A DNA stretch of 64,000 nucleotides from an uncultured archaeon (GTDB taxonomy: Archaea > Nanobdellota > Nanobdellia > Pacearchaeales > GW2011-AR1), in NCBI GenBank assembly GCA_903866625.1, contig CAIPOI010000005.1:16371-80370 (forward strand), written 5' to 3'. The translations under genes and the position numbers were made by a program. The notes under the pieces were generated by a model that worked only from the letters and a program-made list of their open reading frames with translations, was not told the DNA's origin and searched no databases. This document shows positions 27,624 to 37,701 of the stretch, one piece after another. The stretch's first letter is position 1. Each line of letters opens with the position of its first letter.

Positions 27624-28961
27624 ATGGTACTAAGTTTTATTAAAGATGCTATTGCGAGTGCTGAAGGCTCAGATGTTGAGAAAATTAAGTTTAGCAAGTT
27701 TGATGGGAAAGAGATTATAGCAGATTTACATATACACTCAAGATTTTCAAGAGCTACTAGTAAGAATACGACTATTCCTTTGCTTGTTAAATCTGCTCGC
27801 GTTAAAGGCATAGATATTCTTGGAACAGGAGATATTAGTCATGAAAAATGGCTTTCTGAAATAAAACAAAACTTAAAGGAAAGAGGAAATAGTGGAATTT
27901 ATACTTACAAGGATGATGCTGGAGAATTTATGTTTGTTTTATCTGGTGAGATAAGTTTAGTTTTTACTTCTCAAGGCAAGGGTAGAAGGGTGCATTTAGT
28001 TTACCTTGCTCCAAGTCTTGAAGTTAATGATAGAATAAATAAATATCTTGATAGTTTAGGAAGAAGGGATTATGATGGAAGACCTATTTTTAGTGTTTCA
28101 TGTGAAGAATTTGTTAAACAACTTAAATTAATTTCGGATAAGATTGAAATTATTCCTGCACATATTTGGACGCCTTGGTTTGGAGTGTTTGGAAGTAAGA
28201 GTGGATTTAATAGTTTAAAAGAAGCATTTGGTGAGCAAGAAAAAAATATTTTCGCTATTGAAACTGGAATGTCGAGCGATCCTGAGATGAACTGGAAGAT
28301 AAGGGAGTTAGAAAATAAATCTTTAGTTAGTTTTTCAGATTCTCACTCTTATCATCCATGGAGATTAGGAAGAGAGGCAACTATTTTTTCAGGTGATAAA
28401 AAAACTTTTAGTTATGAAGAGCTCATAAGTCAGATTAGAAATAAAACATTTAGAGCGACTATAGAAACAGATCCAGGATATGGGATTTATCATTGGGATG
28501 GCCATAAGGGTTGTAATTTTTCTTGTGCTCCTAATAAAACTAAAGAACTTGAGGGAATTTGTCCTATTTGTAGAAAACCTTTAACAATAGGAGTTGAGAA
28601 CAGAGTTGAAGAACTTGCAAATAATAAAGGAATACCTAATAATGCTAAACCTTTTTTGAAAATATTGCCTTTACATGAAGTTATAGCTTTTTATTTTAAA
28701 ACAAAATTAAGTTCTAAGAAAGTTCAGGCTCTTTATGATTGGTTTATAGAAAAATATGGGAATGAGTTCGAAGTTTTGCTTAAAGTTGATAAAAATCAGT
28801 TGATAAAAGATTTAGAAAAAGATAAACATGAAAAGTTAGCTTTGCTTATTGCGGATAATCGTATAGCTAATCTTAAGGTTAAGCCGGGTTATGATGGTGT
28901 TTATGGAGTTTTGATTGAGAAGGATTCTAAGGAAATAAACTCGCAGAAGACGTTGGTTTAA
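27624..28961 (+). CDS. PHP-domain metal-dependent phosphoesterase with a C-terminal zinc-ribbon-like segment
   Basis: DLHIHSRFSRATSKN is PHP motif I; conserved His and Asp recur (HIWTPWFG, SDSHSY); CAPNKTKELEGICPICRKPL. Confidence 0.55.
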   Translation: MVLSFIKDAIASAEGSDVEKIKFSKFDGKEIIADLHIHSRFSRATSKNTTIPLLVKSARVKGIDILGTGDISHEKWLSEIKQNLKERGNSGIYTYKDDAGEFMFVLSGEISLVFTSQGKGRRVHLVYLAPSLEVNDRINKYLDSLGRRDYDGRPIFSVSCEEFVKQLKLISDKIEIIPAHIWTPWFGVFGSKSGFNSLKEAFGEQEKNIFAIETGMSSDPEMNWKIRELENKSLVSFSDSHSYHPWRLGREATIFSGDKKTFSYEELISQIRNKTFRATIETDPGYGIYHWDGHKGCNFSCAPNKTKELEGICPICRKPLTIGVENRVEELANNKGIPNNAKPFLKILPLHEVIAFYFKTKLSSKKVQALYDWFIEKYGNEFEVLLKVDKNQLIKDLEKDKHEKLALLIADNRIANLKVKPGYDGVYGVLIEKDSKEINSQKTLV

Positions 28962-28966
28962 TCTCT

Positions 28967-29383
28967 CTACATTTTAGGTCTTATTTGGTCTTTTCTTTTA
29001 AGTTCTTCAAATTCATATCTTGCCGGATGCTCTTCTTTACCCAACTCCTGTAGTATTAAGAATGCTTCGTCTTCTCCGGGCCAAGGCATTCTTTCTTTTA
29101 GGGTTCCAAGATAGTTTGTAGACTGAGACCATTGAGTGGTTTTTACTGCATCAAGACTTCCGAATGGTTTTCTATCAACATATATTTCTTGTTCAGTTCC
29201 AAGCTTAAATATTCTGGCAATACCTGCATACTCTCTTACTTTTTCATCAGAATAAATCAATCCAATTGGCTGAACTTTTTTATAATAATCCTTATTTTGT
29301 TCTCTTAACCAATTCCAAGTTTTTATGCCTGCTCCAAGTAATGCTAAACATGCAAGACTCGTTATTGTCTTTTTAAATTTCAT
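28967..29383 (-). CDS. secreted or lipid-anchored hypothetical protein
   Basis: N-terminal signal peptide MKFKKTITSLACLALLGAG. Confidence 0.45.
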   Translation of the reverse strand: MKFKKTITSLACLALLGAGIKTWNWLREQNKDYYKKVQPIGLIYSDEKVREYAGIARIFKLGTEQEIYVDRKPFGSLDAVKTTQWSQSTNYLGTLKERMPWPGEDEAFLILQELGKEEHPARYEFEELKRKDQIRPKM

Positions 29384-29850
29384 TTTAGTTCACCATCTTC
29401 TTTAATTTTTTCTTTAGCAGAGTCATATTTTCGGAATATATAATTAAGAGCCATGTCCGGAATTATTCCAATTAGACTTTTACCCTTAAAAAAATCATTC
29501 TCAGAAAAATTAGTAAGTCTGGCTGTGGCTTCAAATAGCCCATAACATCCGCACATGGTCAGATAATTTGAATCGTTTGTCAGAGTTGAAGCAAGAAGAG
29601 GGTAACCAACGATGCCAGGAATATATGATAGGATTCTTGAACCGAAGACGGCATTTTTATTTTTTGCATATACTCTTTCTAACGTAGTGTCTCCAAGCAA
29701 TCCGAGAAATGGTGCAGTAGCTAAGTAAAGACTTCCTCTAATAATCCTTTTAGTTAAGCCCCAACTATCTGAACTTATTTCACGAACCATTTGTTCAAGT
29801 ATTTGTTTCGATTGTGTTTTCATCTTAATCAAGTAGCAACAGCATAACAT
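29380..29850 (-). CDS. hypothetical protein, overlapping (4 nt) operon partner of 28967-29383
   Basis: 156-aa ORF; the real start may be the internal MKTQSKQ (around 29823). Confidence 0.4.
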   Translation of the reverse strand: MLCCCYLIKMKTQSKQILEQMVREISSDSWGLTKRIIRGSLYLATAPFLGLLGDTTLERVYAKNKNAVFGSRILSYIPGIVGYPLLASTLTNDSNYLTMCGCYGLFEATARLTNFSENDFFKGKSLIGIIPDMALNYIFRKYDSAKEKIKEDGELK

Positions 29851-29861
29851 TTAAATATTGG

Positions 29862-30626
29862 TTGTCATATATTATGACTACTATGGAACTAGCAGAACTG
29901 CTTAAACTAGGATTTAATAAGAACGAAGCTAAAGTTTATCTTTCACTCATAAGATTTGGTAAGGCTGATGCTAGACAAATAATAAATGATACTAAATTTC
30001 ATAAAAATATAGTTTATGATAATCTTGAAAAGTTAATTGATAGGGGTTTAATTAGTTTTATTATTGAAGGTAAGAAGAGATTATTTCAAGTCAGCTCTTC
30101 TGATTCACTTATTAATCTTTTTGAAGAAAAAGCTTCAGATATAGAAGAAAAAAAGCAGTTAGCGACAAAACTTTCAAAGGAAATTACTATTCGGGCAAAA
30201 AGTCTTCCTAATAAAAGAGAAGCTCTTGTTTTTCGAGGTGTGAAGGGAGTAAAAACCTTCTATAATGAGAGTTTAGAGAAGGGGGAGGATTTTGTAGTTT
30301 TTGGCGGTCCAGAAGAGTCTGTTAATATTATGGGAGAATTATTCTGGAAGAATTATGATATTAAAAGAGCAGCTAAGAAAATTTCTGTAAGAATGATATT
30401 TAATCCTTCATTGAGGGAATATGGGAAGAATGCCGAGAATAAATTTACAGAAATCAGATATTTTAAAAGAGACTTTGAACCTCTTACCGAAACTCATATT
30501 CAGGGCGATAGTGTGGCTGTTATTGTTTGGACTGAAGAACCCGTTATTTTTGTTATGAAAGATAAACTTGCTGCGGATTCTTATAGAAAGTTCTTTGAAG
30601 ATATGTGGAAACAGGCTAAAAAATAA
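29862..30626 (+). CDS. TrmB-family winged-helix transcriptional regulator
   Basis: N-terminal wHTH LGFNKNEAKVYLSLIRFGKADARQIINDTKFHKNIVYDNLEKLIDRGLI and a C-terminal effector-type domain. Confidence 0.6.
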   Translation: MSYIMTTMELAELLKLGFNKNEAKVYLSLIRFGKADARQIINDTKFHKNIVYDNLEKLIDRGLISFIIEGKKRLFQVSSSDSLINLFEEKASDIEEKKQLATKLSKEITIRAKSLPNKREALVFRGVKGVKTFYNESLEKGEDFVVFGGPEESVNIMGELFWKNYDIKRAAKKISVRMIFNPSLREYGKNAENKFTEIRYFKRDFEPLTETHIQGDSVAVIVWTEEPVIFVMKDKLAADSYRKFFEDMWKQAKK

Positions 30627-30632
30627 TTAAAA

Positions 30633-31370
30633 TTATTTCTTAGGTGTAAAAGTACAAGTAGCACAATATTTCTTTTTTGAAAGATCATCGATTTTTTCTA
30701 GAACTTGACGAAGTGTAGCTTCATCTTTTTTAGGATCCTTACTTTTTACTTTAGCCATGTACTTTCCGGCAGCAACATAAAAGAACTCAATATTTGTTCC
30801 TTTAGAAGCTTCAGAAATAATCTTTTTTATAGTTTCTATACCTGAAGGATCTTTGCTAGACAGAGAGAACTCTTGACTTAAGGTCAATTCTTTTACTTTA
30901 GTATCTTTTTCTTTTAATATTTTTAATATTTTATCTGCTTGCTCTTTTGAAAGATATTTGTCTAATACTGAAGGATTTTCTTTAGCGTTTTCAATAAAAT
31001 CAAAAATAGAATAGTTTTCTTTTATCTTTTCAATAACTTCTGTAGATTTATCTGCCAGTGCGGTTTTTATGATGGCAATATAGGTTTTTTCTTTTTTGTA
31101 TCTGTCATTAAAATCATTTCTTTCATTAACCTTAACTCTTCTTAATGAAAGCTCTATATTATCTGGTCTGATATTCAAGACTTTGCAGACAATTTTTTTT
31201 CCTGGAAAAGCAAAATCTCGGATGTTTCTAATTCTTCCTGGTGCTATTTCTGGGAAATTTATGAATCCTGTAACAGAATAATCATCTAGTTTTACGAATA
31301 CACAGGTCCCTAAGATTTTTTCAACAGTACATAATACTATTTGCCCTTCTTCAATTTTTGTTTTTGCCAT
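30633..31370 (-). CDS. translation initiation factor 2 alpha subunit (aIF2-alpha)
   Basis: N-terminal S1 domain EGQIVLCTVEKILGTCVFVKLDDYSVTGFINFPEIAPGRIRNIRDFAFPGKKIVCKVLNIRPDNIELSLRRV, in line with the eIF2-alpha consensus. Confidence 0.75.
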   Translation of the reverse strand: MAKTKIEEGQIVLCTVEKILGTCVFVKLDDYSVTGFINFPEIAPGRIRNIRDFAFPGKKIVCKVLNIRPDNIELSLRRVKVNERNDFNDRYKKEKTYIAIIKTALADKSTEVIEKIKENYSIFDFIENAKENPSVLDKYLSKEQADKILKILKEKDTKVKELTLSQEFSLSSKDPSGIETIKKIISEASKGTNIEFFYVAAGKYMAKVKSKDPKKDEATLRQVLEKIDDLSKKKYCATCTFTPKK

Positions 31371-31407
31371 AGTTATTATAGAAATAATAGTCTTTTAAAT
31401 ATTGGTA

Positions 31408-31995
31408 TTAGGTATACCTCCTTTTTAATTCAATTAATCTATTCCTAACTTCTTCTAGGTTGGTTCCATCATATCTAACTACTTGTGGATGCTTGAAGTC
31501 TTTATTGTAGGGGTGTGCAGGCATTATTCCCAAGCCTCTTGGCCTGTGGGCTAACCAGTTTAGCATATAGTTCTGCCAGTCATCCATTAAAACATTTCCA
31601 TAGTGCCTGCCTTTTTCCGAAGAGGTAACTGTTGCTGGAAAATTATAACCTATATTTTTTACTATACATTCTATTTTTCCTTTCCACATATTAGGATTTT
31701 TTAAATTTGCTTTTGTTAAAATTTCTCTGGAAAAATCCATTTCTCCAAGTAGGCTCCAGATATCCCAACCAAGTTGAAATTTCGGCAGATTTGCCCACCA
31801 GCCACTTGTTGCGGTTATGCCTCTTATTCTTTTGATTATATAATCAGGCATATGAACTCCTGGAAAAAATTCAAATAGGGGTTCATGAGGTCTTCTTAGT
31901 TTTTCTAGATCCTTTGTCAGTTGACCTTTATAGTCAAACAGTGTATCATCCATATCTACATTTGCAATAAGTTGTCTTCTTAGTTTTTCTGACAT
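31408..31995 (-). CDS. HAD-family 5'(3')-deoxyribonucleotidase-like hydrolase
   Basis: HAD motif I VDMDDTLFDY; length and layout typical of the NT5C family. Confidence 0.55.
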   Translation of the reverse strand: MSEKLRRQLIANVDMDDTLFDYKGQLTKDLEKLRRPHEPLFEFFPGVHMPDYIIKRIRGITATSGWWANLPKFQLGWDIWSLLGEMDFSREILTKANLKNPNMWKGKIECIVKNIGYNFPATVTSSEKGRHYGNVLMDDWQNYMLNWLAHRPRGLGIMPAHPYNKDFKHPQVVRYDGTNLEEVRNRLIELKRRYT

Positions 31996-32013
31996 TTTTT
32001 TGAGAATTATTAA

Positions 32014-32184
32014 TTAATTTAGAACTTCAATTCTGCTTGCTTTTAGCTCTGCTTTTCCACCTTTTGGCTCTGCTATTACTGCGTTGCAAATTAAGCATTT
32101 TACCTTTGTAGTAGCTCCTTCAAAGATAACTTGTTCGTTCTTACATGCTTGACATCTTACTCTTACAAATCTTAGTTTTGCCAT
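32014..32184 (-). CDS. rps27e: 30S ribosomal protein S27e
   Basis: Hand-translated 56 aa: MAKLRFVRVRCQACKNEQVIFEGATTKVKCLICNAVIAEPKGGKAELKASRIEVLN. The C4 zinc finger and KCxxCxxEQxIF are signatures of S27e. It is below the ORF-track cutoff. Confidence 0.8.
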   Translation of the reverse strand: MAKLRFVRVRCQACKNEQVIFEGATTKVKCLICNAVIAEPKGGKAELKASRIEVLN

Positions 32185-32208
32185 AAAAAGTAGGGGTTTA
32201 GGGGGTTT

Positions 32209-33570
32209 TTAAACTTTTACAACTTCAATATCTAACTTTTTCTTAACTAACTCTATGAAGGCTTCTTCTTTTTCTTTGCTGATAACACAACCTGCGGCAA
32301 GTTTATGGCCGCCAGATTCACCGCCAATCATTCCAGTAATACCATCCATTATTTCCTTGAGATTCATTGATTCATCTTTCTTTTCTCTTCCACATATTCT
32401 TGAAGATACTTTTATTTTGTCTTTGTTATAAGCCATTGTTATAATTACTGTACCCTCTTCGTATAGTGCAGACATAGAGAGAATACTTGCAACAGTTCCT
32501 ATGATAGTATCCTGAATTTTATCCTGTGCATTCATAATCACATATTGTTTTCCTTGTATTTTTGGATTAGAATGAATCTGGTTTAATGCTTCGATTAAGC
32601 TTTGTTTATATTTTATGTAAATAGATTCTGCATTCTTTTTTGCAGTTTCATTACCCATACATAATAGGAGGGCGGTATTCGATTCGCCCATTCTTGAACA
32701 GGCATTAACTAAGGCAGATAGTTCTCTCGCATCCTCTAATCTATTGAAAAATTTAACTAAGAATAGATTTCCTACAAACTCGCTCATTTTTTCATGATTT
32801 GGAACTCTTAGGGCAATAGCAGTAACTAATTTTTGCATCTCTTCTTCATTTAATTCTATTAAAGATTTATATCCCTTGGAAGTAAATGTTATACCTGCTT
32901 CTCTTAGCAGTGTACAGGCACCCAAGCCATCTCCTGTAACTCCAGGAATATATGGTGTTGAACAGTATTCTAATGCTTTGTTTAGGGGTCTTGTTGAAGG
33001 GTAGATTAAAAACCCCCTTTTTATTGTTAGGTCTGCATCTTTTAAAATTGTATTTACTAATGGTCCAATTTTTTTCTCCATTATATCTCCCACCATCCCT
33101 ATAATCGCTAAATTTGCTGCACTAGAATCTTTTTTTCCTATCTCTCTTGAAACTAGATAAGTAAGACAAGATCCAGACATTTCTTCTCCATCGGGATATA
33201 GGTGGGGATTGAGAATATTTACATTTTCTGGCAAAGTTTCTTTATAGCTAATTTCATGATGGTCTATTATGAATACTAGATTAGATAGCTTTGAGATATA
33301 TTCCAAGCTTCCAGACGCTAAGTCCAAGAAGACAATTACTCTTCCTTCTGGGAGAGATTGAATTAATTCAGGTTCAAGGCTTTTTACTATTCGAAATGAA
33401 AATTTTTTATCGAGCTTTTTTAATAGTTTACCGAAAATAGCTGCAGAGGTTATTCCGTCAGTATCAAAATGACTTATTACTATTATTTCTTTTTTATCTG
33501 AAAGTTCCTGAAATTTATTTGCGAAGTTAGTTATTTGTGCTATCATGTCGCCTCTTTTATTTTTTGACAA
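32209..33570 (-). CDS. RecJ-like DHH-family nuclease (archaeal GAN/Cdc45 homolog)
   Basis: DHH motifs ISHFDTDGITSAAIF and FIIDHHE, with a C-terminal DHHA1-like GGHKLAAG. Confidence 0.7.
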   Translation of the reverse strand: MSKNKRGDMIAQITNFANKFQELSDKKEIIVISHFDTDGITSAAIFGKLLKKLDKKFSFRIVKSLEPELIQSLPEGRVIVFLDLASGSLEYISKLSNLVFIIDHHEISYKETLPENVNILNPHLYPDGEEMSGSCLTYLVSREIGKKDSSAANLAIIGMVGDIMEKKIGPLVNTILKDADLTIKRGFLIYPSTRPLNKALEYCSTPYIPGVTGDGLGACTLLREAGITFTSKGYKSLIELNEEEMQKLVTAIALRVPNHEKMSEFVGNLFLVKFFNRLEDARELSALVNACSRMGESNTALLLCMGNETAKKNAESIYIKYKQSLIEALNQIHSNPKIQGKQYVIMNAQDKIQDTIIGTVASILSMSALYEEGTVIITMAYNKDKIKVSSRICGREKKDESMNLKEIMDGITGMIGGESGGHKLAAGCVISKEKEEAFIELVKKKLDIEVVKV

Positions 33571-33682
33571 TTATTTTTTAGAAAAAGGTGTTAATAAACA
33601 TTATTCTTTTTTATTTGTTACACAAAAGTTATAATAAAAATTTTGTCGAGGATAAGAATTTTTCAAGATTTTTTATGAAGAA

Positions 33683-34039
33683 TTAGGCTTTAAGATAATC
33701 TTGAACTTTTTTTAGCTTTGCCTTTGAAATTATAATAGATCTTCCTGTTCTTGTATCGTGCTTGTGTTTGGATAGATGTTTTTCTAATTTTTCAACTTTA
33801 ATTTTAAGATTTTTCTGATCCGGTTGTTCATATTTACCTGCTTCTTTTAATACATCACTTATACTAAATCCATATATTTTTGTTTGGGGTATTCCATAGT
33901 TATCTCTGAGAATTAATCCAATTTTTTCAGAAGTTAAACTAGCATCTTTTTCAACTAATTTTAAAATAATTTCTTTTATTTCTTGCTCAGTATATTTTAA
34001 CCAGATTGGTTTCTTTAAGTTATTTTTTGCTTTTTCCAT
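33683..34039 (-). CDS. rps15: 30S ribosomal protein S15 (uS15/S13e)
   Basis: PIWLKYTEQEIKEIILKLVEKDASLTSEKIGLILRDNYGIPQTK...KHLSKHKHDTRTGRSIIISKAKLKKVQDYLK matches archaeal S15. Confidence 0.8.
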   Translation of the reverse strand: MEKAKNNLKKPIWLKYTEQEIKEIILKLVEKDASLTSEKIGLILRDNYGIPQTKIYGFSISDVLKEAGKYEQPDQKNLKIKVEKLEKHLSKHKHDTRTGRSIIISKAKLKKVQDYLKA

Positions 34040-34097
34040 GTTTTTTGTAGTTTTTTCGGGTTTTTAAAGTTAATTGATTGCTAAGAATTGATTATTA

Positions 34098-34170
34098 TAG
34101 TCCCGCCCGGATTCGAACCGGGGTCCCCGGCTCCAAAGGCCGAGATACTTGACCACTGTACTACGGGACT
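34098..34170 (-). tRNA. tRNA-Gln (anticodon TTG)
   Basis: Reverse complement folds: acceptor AGTCCCG/CGGGACT, anticodon stem TCGGC/GCCGG with loop CTTTGGA, T arm CCCGG-TTCGAAT-CCGGG. Confidence 0.85.
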
Positions 34171-34226
34171 AAATTTGATAGATAAGGAAGTTTTGAATGA
34201 TTTATAAGGGTTTTTGTTTAGTTTAT

Positions 34227-34838
34227 TTAGCTTCCGTGTTTATATCTTCCTCTAGACTCAACCTTTTTTAGCTGTTCTAGAGTTTTTGCTTTGTCTTTAG
34301 AATTATAGTTTTCTTCTATGATTTTCCAACATTCTTTCCAAATTTGATGATGCTTGGCTTCAAGTGCTTGTTTTATAAGGTGTAAGTCTACTGCTTTATC
34401 TTCATTCCTTGAACTTGTAAATCCTAATCCAAAATCTATGAAGATTACTTCACTATCTTTATTTAGAATCATATTACTTGTTGTTAAATCGCCATGAATA
34501 ATGTTATTATCATGAAGCTTGGCGATATTCTGGCCTATTTTTTTACATATATTCTTATAATCTAATTTTTCTAGTTCTTGCGAAAGCTTTTTTCCTTCTA
34601 TAAATGGCATAATTATCTCATTATTTGTTGTTTTGGTTGGTTTTGGCGAGCTAATAAGTTTATGAGCTTTTTCTAATATTTTTGCTTCTTTTTTTGTGCG
34701 TTGTTTTATTATTTTTTTATCAAGTTCTGGATGACGATAGCTCTTGCTAATTCTATCCTTGATAACCTTATCCTCTTCTTTTATGATTCTTGCTTCTGCG
34801 CCTTGAGCGATTAGGGTTTGTTTTGATTGAGTTGACAT
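34227..34838 (-). CDS. Bud32/PRPK-like small protein kinase (KEOPS component)
   Basis: 203 aa; catalytic loop IHGDLTTSNMIL and the IFIDFGLGF (DFG) motif. Confidence 0.7.
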   Translation of the reverse strand: MSTQSKQTLIAQGAEARIIKEEDKVIKDRISKSYRHPELDKKIIKQRTKKEAKILEKAHKLISSPKPTKTTNNEIIMPFIEGKKLSQELEKLDYKNICKKIGQNIAKLHDNNIIHGDLTTSNMILNKDSEVIFIDFGLGFTSSRNEDKAVDLHLIKQALEAKHHQIWKECWKIIEENYNSKDKAKTLEQLKKVESRGRYKHGS

Positions 34839-34885
34839 GATATATCTTCCAGTATAATTTTATTTATAAATGTTTAATATTTATT

Positions 34886-35428
34886 TTGTTTATGGTAAGA
34901 ACTATTAAATCCAAACCTAATCTTTATAGCTCAATACATAATGTTCTTAGAATGAAAATTGGTTTTGGTAAACCTATAAATCAAAATGATGTTGATTGGG
35001 CTGTTTTTTGTTCATCTTCAAGGAAGATTCCTGCAGGATTGGATACTGAAAGAGTATTAAGCGAAATGGTAGAGTTAGGATATTTATATTGTAACTCTGA
35101 TCTTAAAAGACCCGCAGATTATTTTCTATTAAGGAATAAACATACTTCTGTTTCTAGAATTAGATCTAAAAGTTATGCTAAAGACTGTGGGTTAGGTATA
35201 GCCTATGATGTCCTTCGTAGGAGGATTGGTTTTGGTTCTTTAATGACTATCGAAAATATTCATCGAGCATTTGGAGGGGGCGATACTGGAATCCGTTTTT
35301 CTTGTAGTATTGAAGATGTTGTTGGGGATTTGGCTCGGTACAGATTTCTTCGAGAAGTTCGACCTGGAAAGTATTTATTATTAGCTAGTCCATCATCAGG
35401 AAAGCCTGTAACCTGTGCTGTTGTTTAA
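34886..35428 (+). CDS. hypothetical protein with an internally duplicated domain; GC higher than its surroundings
   Basis: Two repeats (IHNVLRMKIGFGKPINQNDVDWAVF... and AYDVLRRRIGFGSLMTIENIHRAFGGGD...). Confidence 0.4.
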   Translation: MFMVRTIKSKPNLYSSIHNVLRMKIGFGKPINQNDVDWAVFCSSSRKIPAGLDTERVLSEMVELGYLYCNSDLKRPADYFLLRNKHTSVSRIRSKSYAKDCGLGIAYDVLRRRIGFGSLMTIENIHRAFGGGDTGIRFSCSIEDVVGDLARYRFLREVRPGKYLLLASPSSGKPVTCAVV

Positions 35429-36814
35429 TTAAAGTTTCATCTTCTTGCCAAACTTTTTAGCAAGTTTCATCATTTGTTTTTGTGAGAAGCCTCCTGAAGA
35501 TAAGTCTGCTTCAGAGACTCCACCTTTTGTAAATTCTTTAAGAAGTTTGTATTGTTTGATAAGTTGTCTAATATCACTTGTGGTTGTTCCTGAACCCTTT
35601 GCTATTCTGCCTAATCTTGTTGTTTGCTTTTCTATTATTTCTGGATTTTTTATTTCTTCTTCAGTCATGCTGTTGATCGCATGTTGCCAGTGTTTCATTT
35701 TTTCTTCTTGAACTCCGAGCATGTTTTCGGGCATTTTTCCTTTTAATCCTGAAAAACCAGGAATCATATCTAATAATTTATCCATACTGCCCATACTAGA
35801 CATAGATTTTATCTGCTCTTGAAAATCTCTTAAGTCCAATTCACCTTTTTCAAGTTTTCCTTTAAGTTTTTTCTGAGAATCTTTATCCATTGCTGATTGA
35901 ACTTTTTCAAGTAATCCCTCTAAATCTCCCATTCCGAGAATTCTACTTATGAATGCATTTGGATTAAAAGTTTCTAGCTCGTGAGATTTTTCTCCTGTTC
36001 CTATAAAAAAAACAGGAGCTTTTGTTTCATGACAAGCAGTTAAAGCTCCACCCGCTTTTGCAGTAGAATCCATTCTTGTAATTATAACTCCATTTACTTC
36101 TAAGGCTTTTTGGAATTCTGCAGCTTGAGTTTTTGCTGCTTGACCTATATCTGCTTGAATAACTAAAACTTTGTAATCGGGTTTTAGAGTCTTATTTATA
36201 TTTTTTATTTCTTTTACTAGTTCTTCATCTAAACTATGACGACCTGCTGTATCTATTATTAACAAATCATATTGGTCTAATTCCTGTTTAAATTTTTTAT
36301 AAATTTTTAGTGGGTCTTTTTCTGTTTTATCTATGAAAACTGCAAGTTTATTTTGTTTTGCGATTTGTTCTAGTTGATCACTAGCGGCAGGTCTATGAAC
36401 ATCTAAACCTAATAAAGCAACTTTTTTTCCTCTTTTGCTGTAGTATAAACCTAACTTTCCTGCTGTTGTTGTTTTTCCTGCCCCATATAATCCTAAAAGA
36501 AGAATTCTTGTCTGTTCACTTTTATTATCCTTTAGTTGCAATTCTTTTTTTTCTTTACCAATTATTTCCAGAATAGTATCATAAAGTAATTTTATTAGCT
36601 GCTCTTTTTTTTCTATGCCCTTTATCTTTTCGTCATTAGCTTTATCTTTTAATTTTTGAGTTATCTCTTTTACTAAGAATACATTTACATCTGCAGCAAT
36701 TAGACCTCTTTGAAGTTCTTTGCTAACTTCATCTATAACTGCTTTATCTACAAATACTGCTTTTGATATTTTATCTGTTGCTTTTTTCAGTGCTTCTGAT
36801 AGTTTTTCTAGCAT
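35429..36814 (-). CDS. srp54: signal recognition particle protein SRP54
   Basis: N domain, G domain with GLYGAGKTTTAGKLG and DTAGR, and a Met-rich M domain (SMSSMGSMDKLLDMIPGF). Confidence 0.9.
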   Translation of the reverse strand: MLEKLSEALKKATDKISKAVFVDKAVIDEVSKELQRGLIAADVNVFLVKEITQKLKDKANDEKIKGIEKKEQLIKLLYDTILEIIGKEKKELQLKDNKSEQTRILLLGLYGAGKTTTAGKLGLYYSKRGKKVALLGLDVHRPAASDQLEQIAKQNKLAVFIDKTEKDPLKIYKKFKQELDQYDLLIIDTAGRHSLDEELVKEIKNINKTLKPDYKVLVIQADIGQAAKTQAAEFQKALEVNGVIITRMDSTAKAGGALTACHETKAPVFFIGTGEKSHELETFNPNAFISRILGMGDLEGLLEKVQSAMDKDSQKKLKGKLEKGELDLRDFQEQIKSMSSMGSMDKLLDMIPGFSGLKGKMPENMLGVQEEKMKHWQHAINSMTEEEIKNPEIIEKQTTRLGRIAKGSGTTTSDIRQLIKQYKLLKEFTKGGVSEADLSSGGFSQKQMMKLAKKFGKKMKL

Positions 36815-36927
36815 AGTTAAAACCTCCTGTGGGTTTTGACGAATCCAGCATCCATTAGGTTTATCATCGTTTTTTCAAGTTTCTTATTTATATAAAGTTA
36901 ATCAAATAATACAGAATCCTTTCAAAA

Positions 36928-37638
36928 TTAGGGGGTTTTCTGGTGTTTTAAGGGTTTCGGTTGGTACTCTTGGGATTTCCAATATTTCATCTTTAATTCA
37001 ACAAGCTTGCTAAATGGATTATCTCTTCCTCTAAAAGAACATAAGAAGAGTTTTCTGAATTCTTCCATGGATAAGTCTCCGGTTAGATAAGCATAGTGCA
37101 TTCTATCTCCTAAACCTCTTGCTTGTTGATATAAGCAGAATTCTGAGGCTGCAATTTTTCCATATTTTTTCATTACATCATTTAAACATTTTATTCTATC
37201 GTTTGGAGTCATAAAAAATAAGTCTGGTTCGGTTGGATAAGTATTTTCTCTTTCGGGAATTAATAGTTTTGAACAGAAAAATCCAATTGTCTCTACTAAA
37301 ATATTTAACGCAAATTTATCTCTAGTAGTTCTACCCGTATACCTGATTCTCGAATGTCTAAAATGCAAAAAATGGCTAGATTCTTCAGCAATATCTTCTT
37401 CAGAAGGATTAATTAAAAATATTCCTGGAGGAGAATCATCATACCAAGAACCGCCCATCTCCTTCAAACTTTCAAATCTTTCTCTTTTTGATTCAGGTAA
37501 CCACAAATCATCAAATTCTGTTTTCTTATTGATTAAATGTATTTCAGGATAAGTTGAAGCTTCAATCCCTAATTCTTCAGTTATATCTTCTATGGCTTCA
37601 AAAACTTTTTCTTCCACTCTTGCTCTTTTATTAGCCAT
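36928..37638 (-). CDS. hypothetical protein between srp54 and ftsY
   Basis: 236-aa ORF; a terminator-like hairpin AAAACC-tcctgtg-GGTTTT lies downstream. Confidence 0.45.
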   Translation of the reverse strand: MANKRARVEEKVFEAIEDITEELGIEASTYPEIHLINKKTEFDDLWLPESKRERFESLKEMGGSWYDDSPPGIFLINPSEEDIAEESSHFLHFRHSRIRYTGRTTRDKFALNILVETIGFFCSKLLIPERENTYPTEPDLFFMTPNDRIKCLNDVMKKYGKIAASEFCLYQQARGLGDRMHYAYLTGDLSMEEFRKLFLCSFRGRDNPFSKLVELKMKYWKSQEYQPKPLKHQKTP

Positions 37639-37701
37639 AATGAATTTATAAAATTTAATTTAAAAACAATTATGGTGATGCAAACAGAGTATTGGATTAT
37701 A

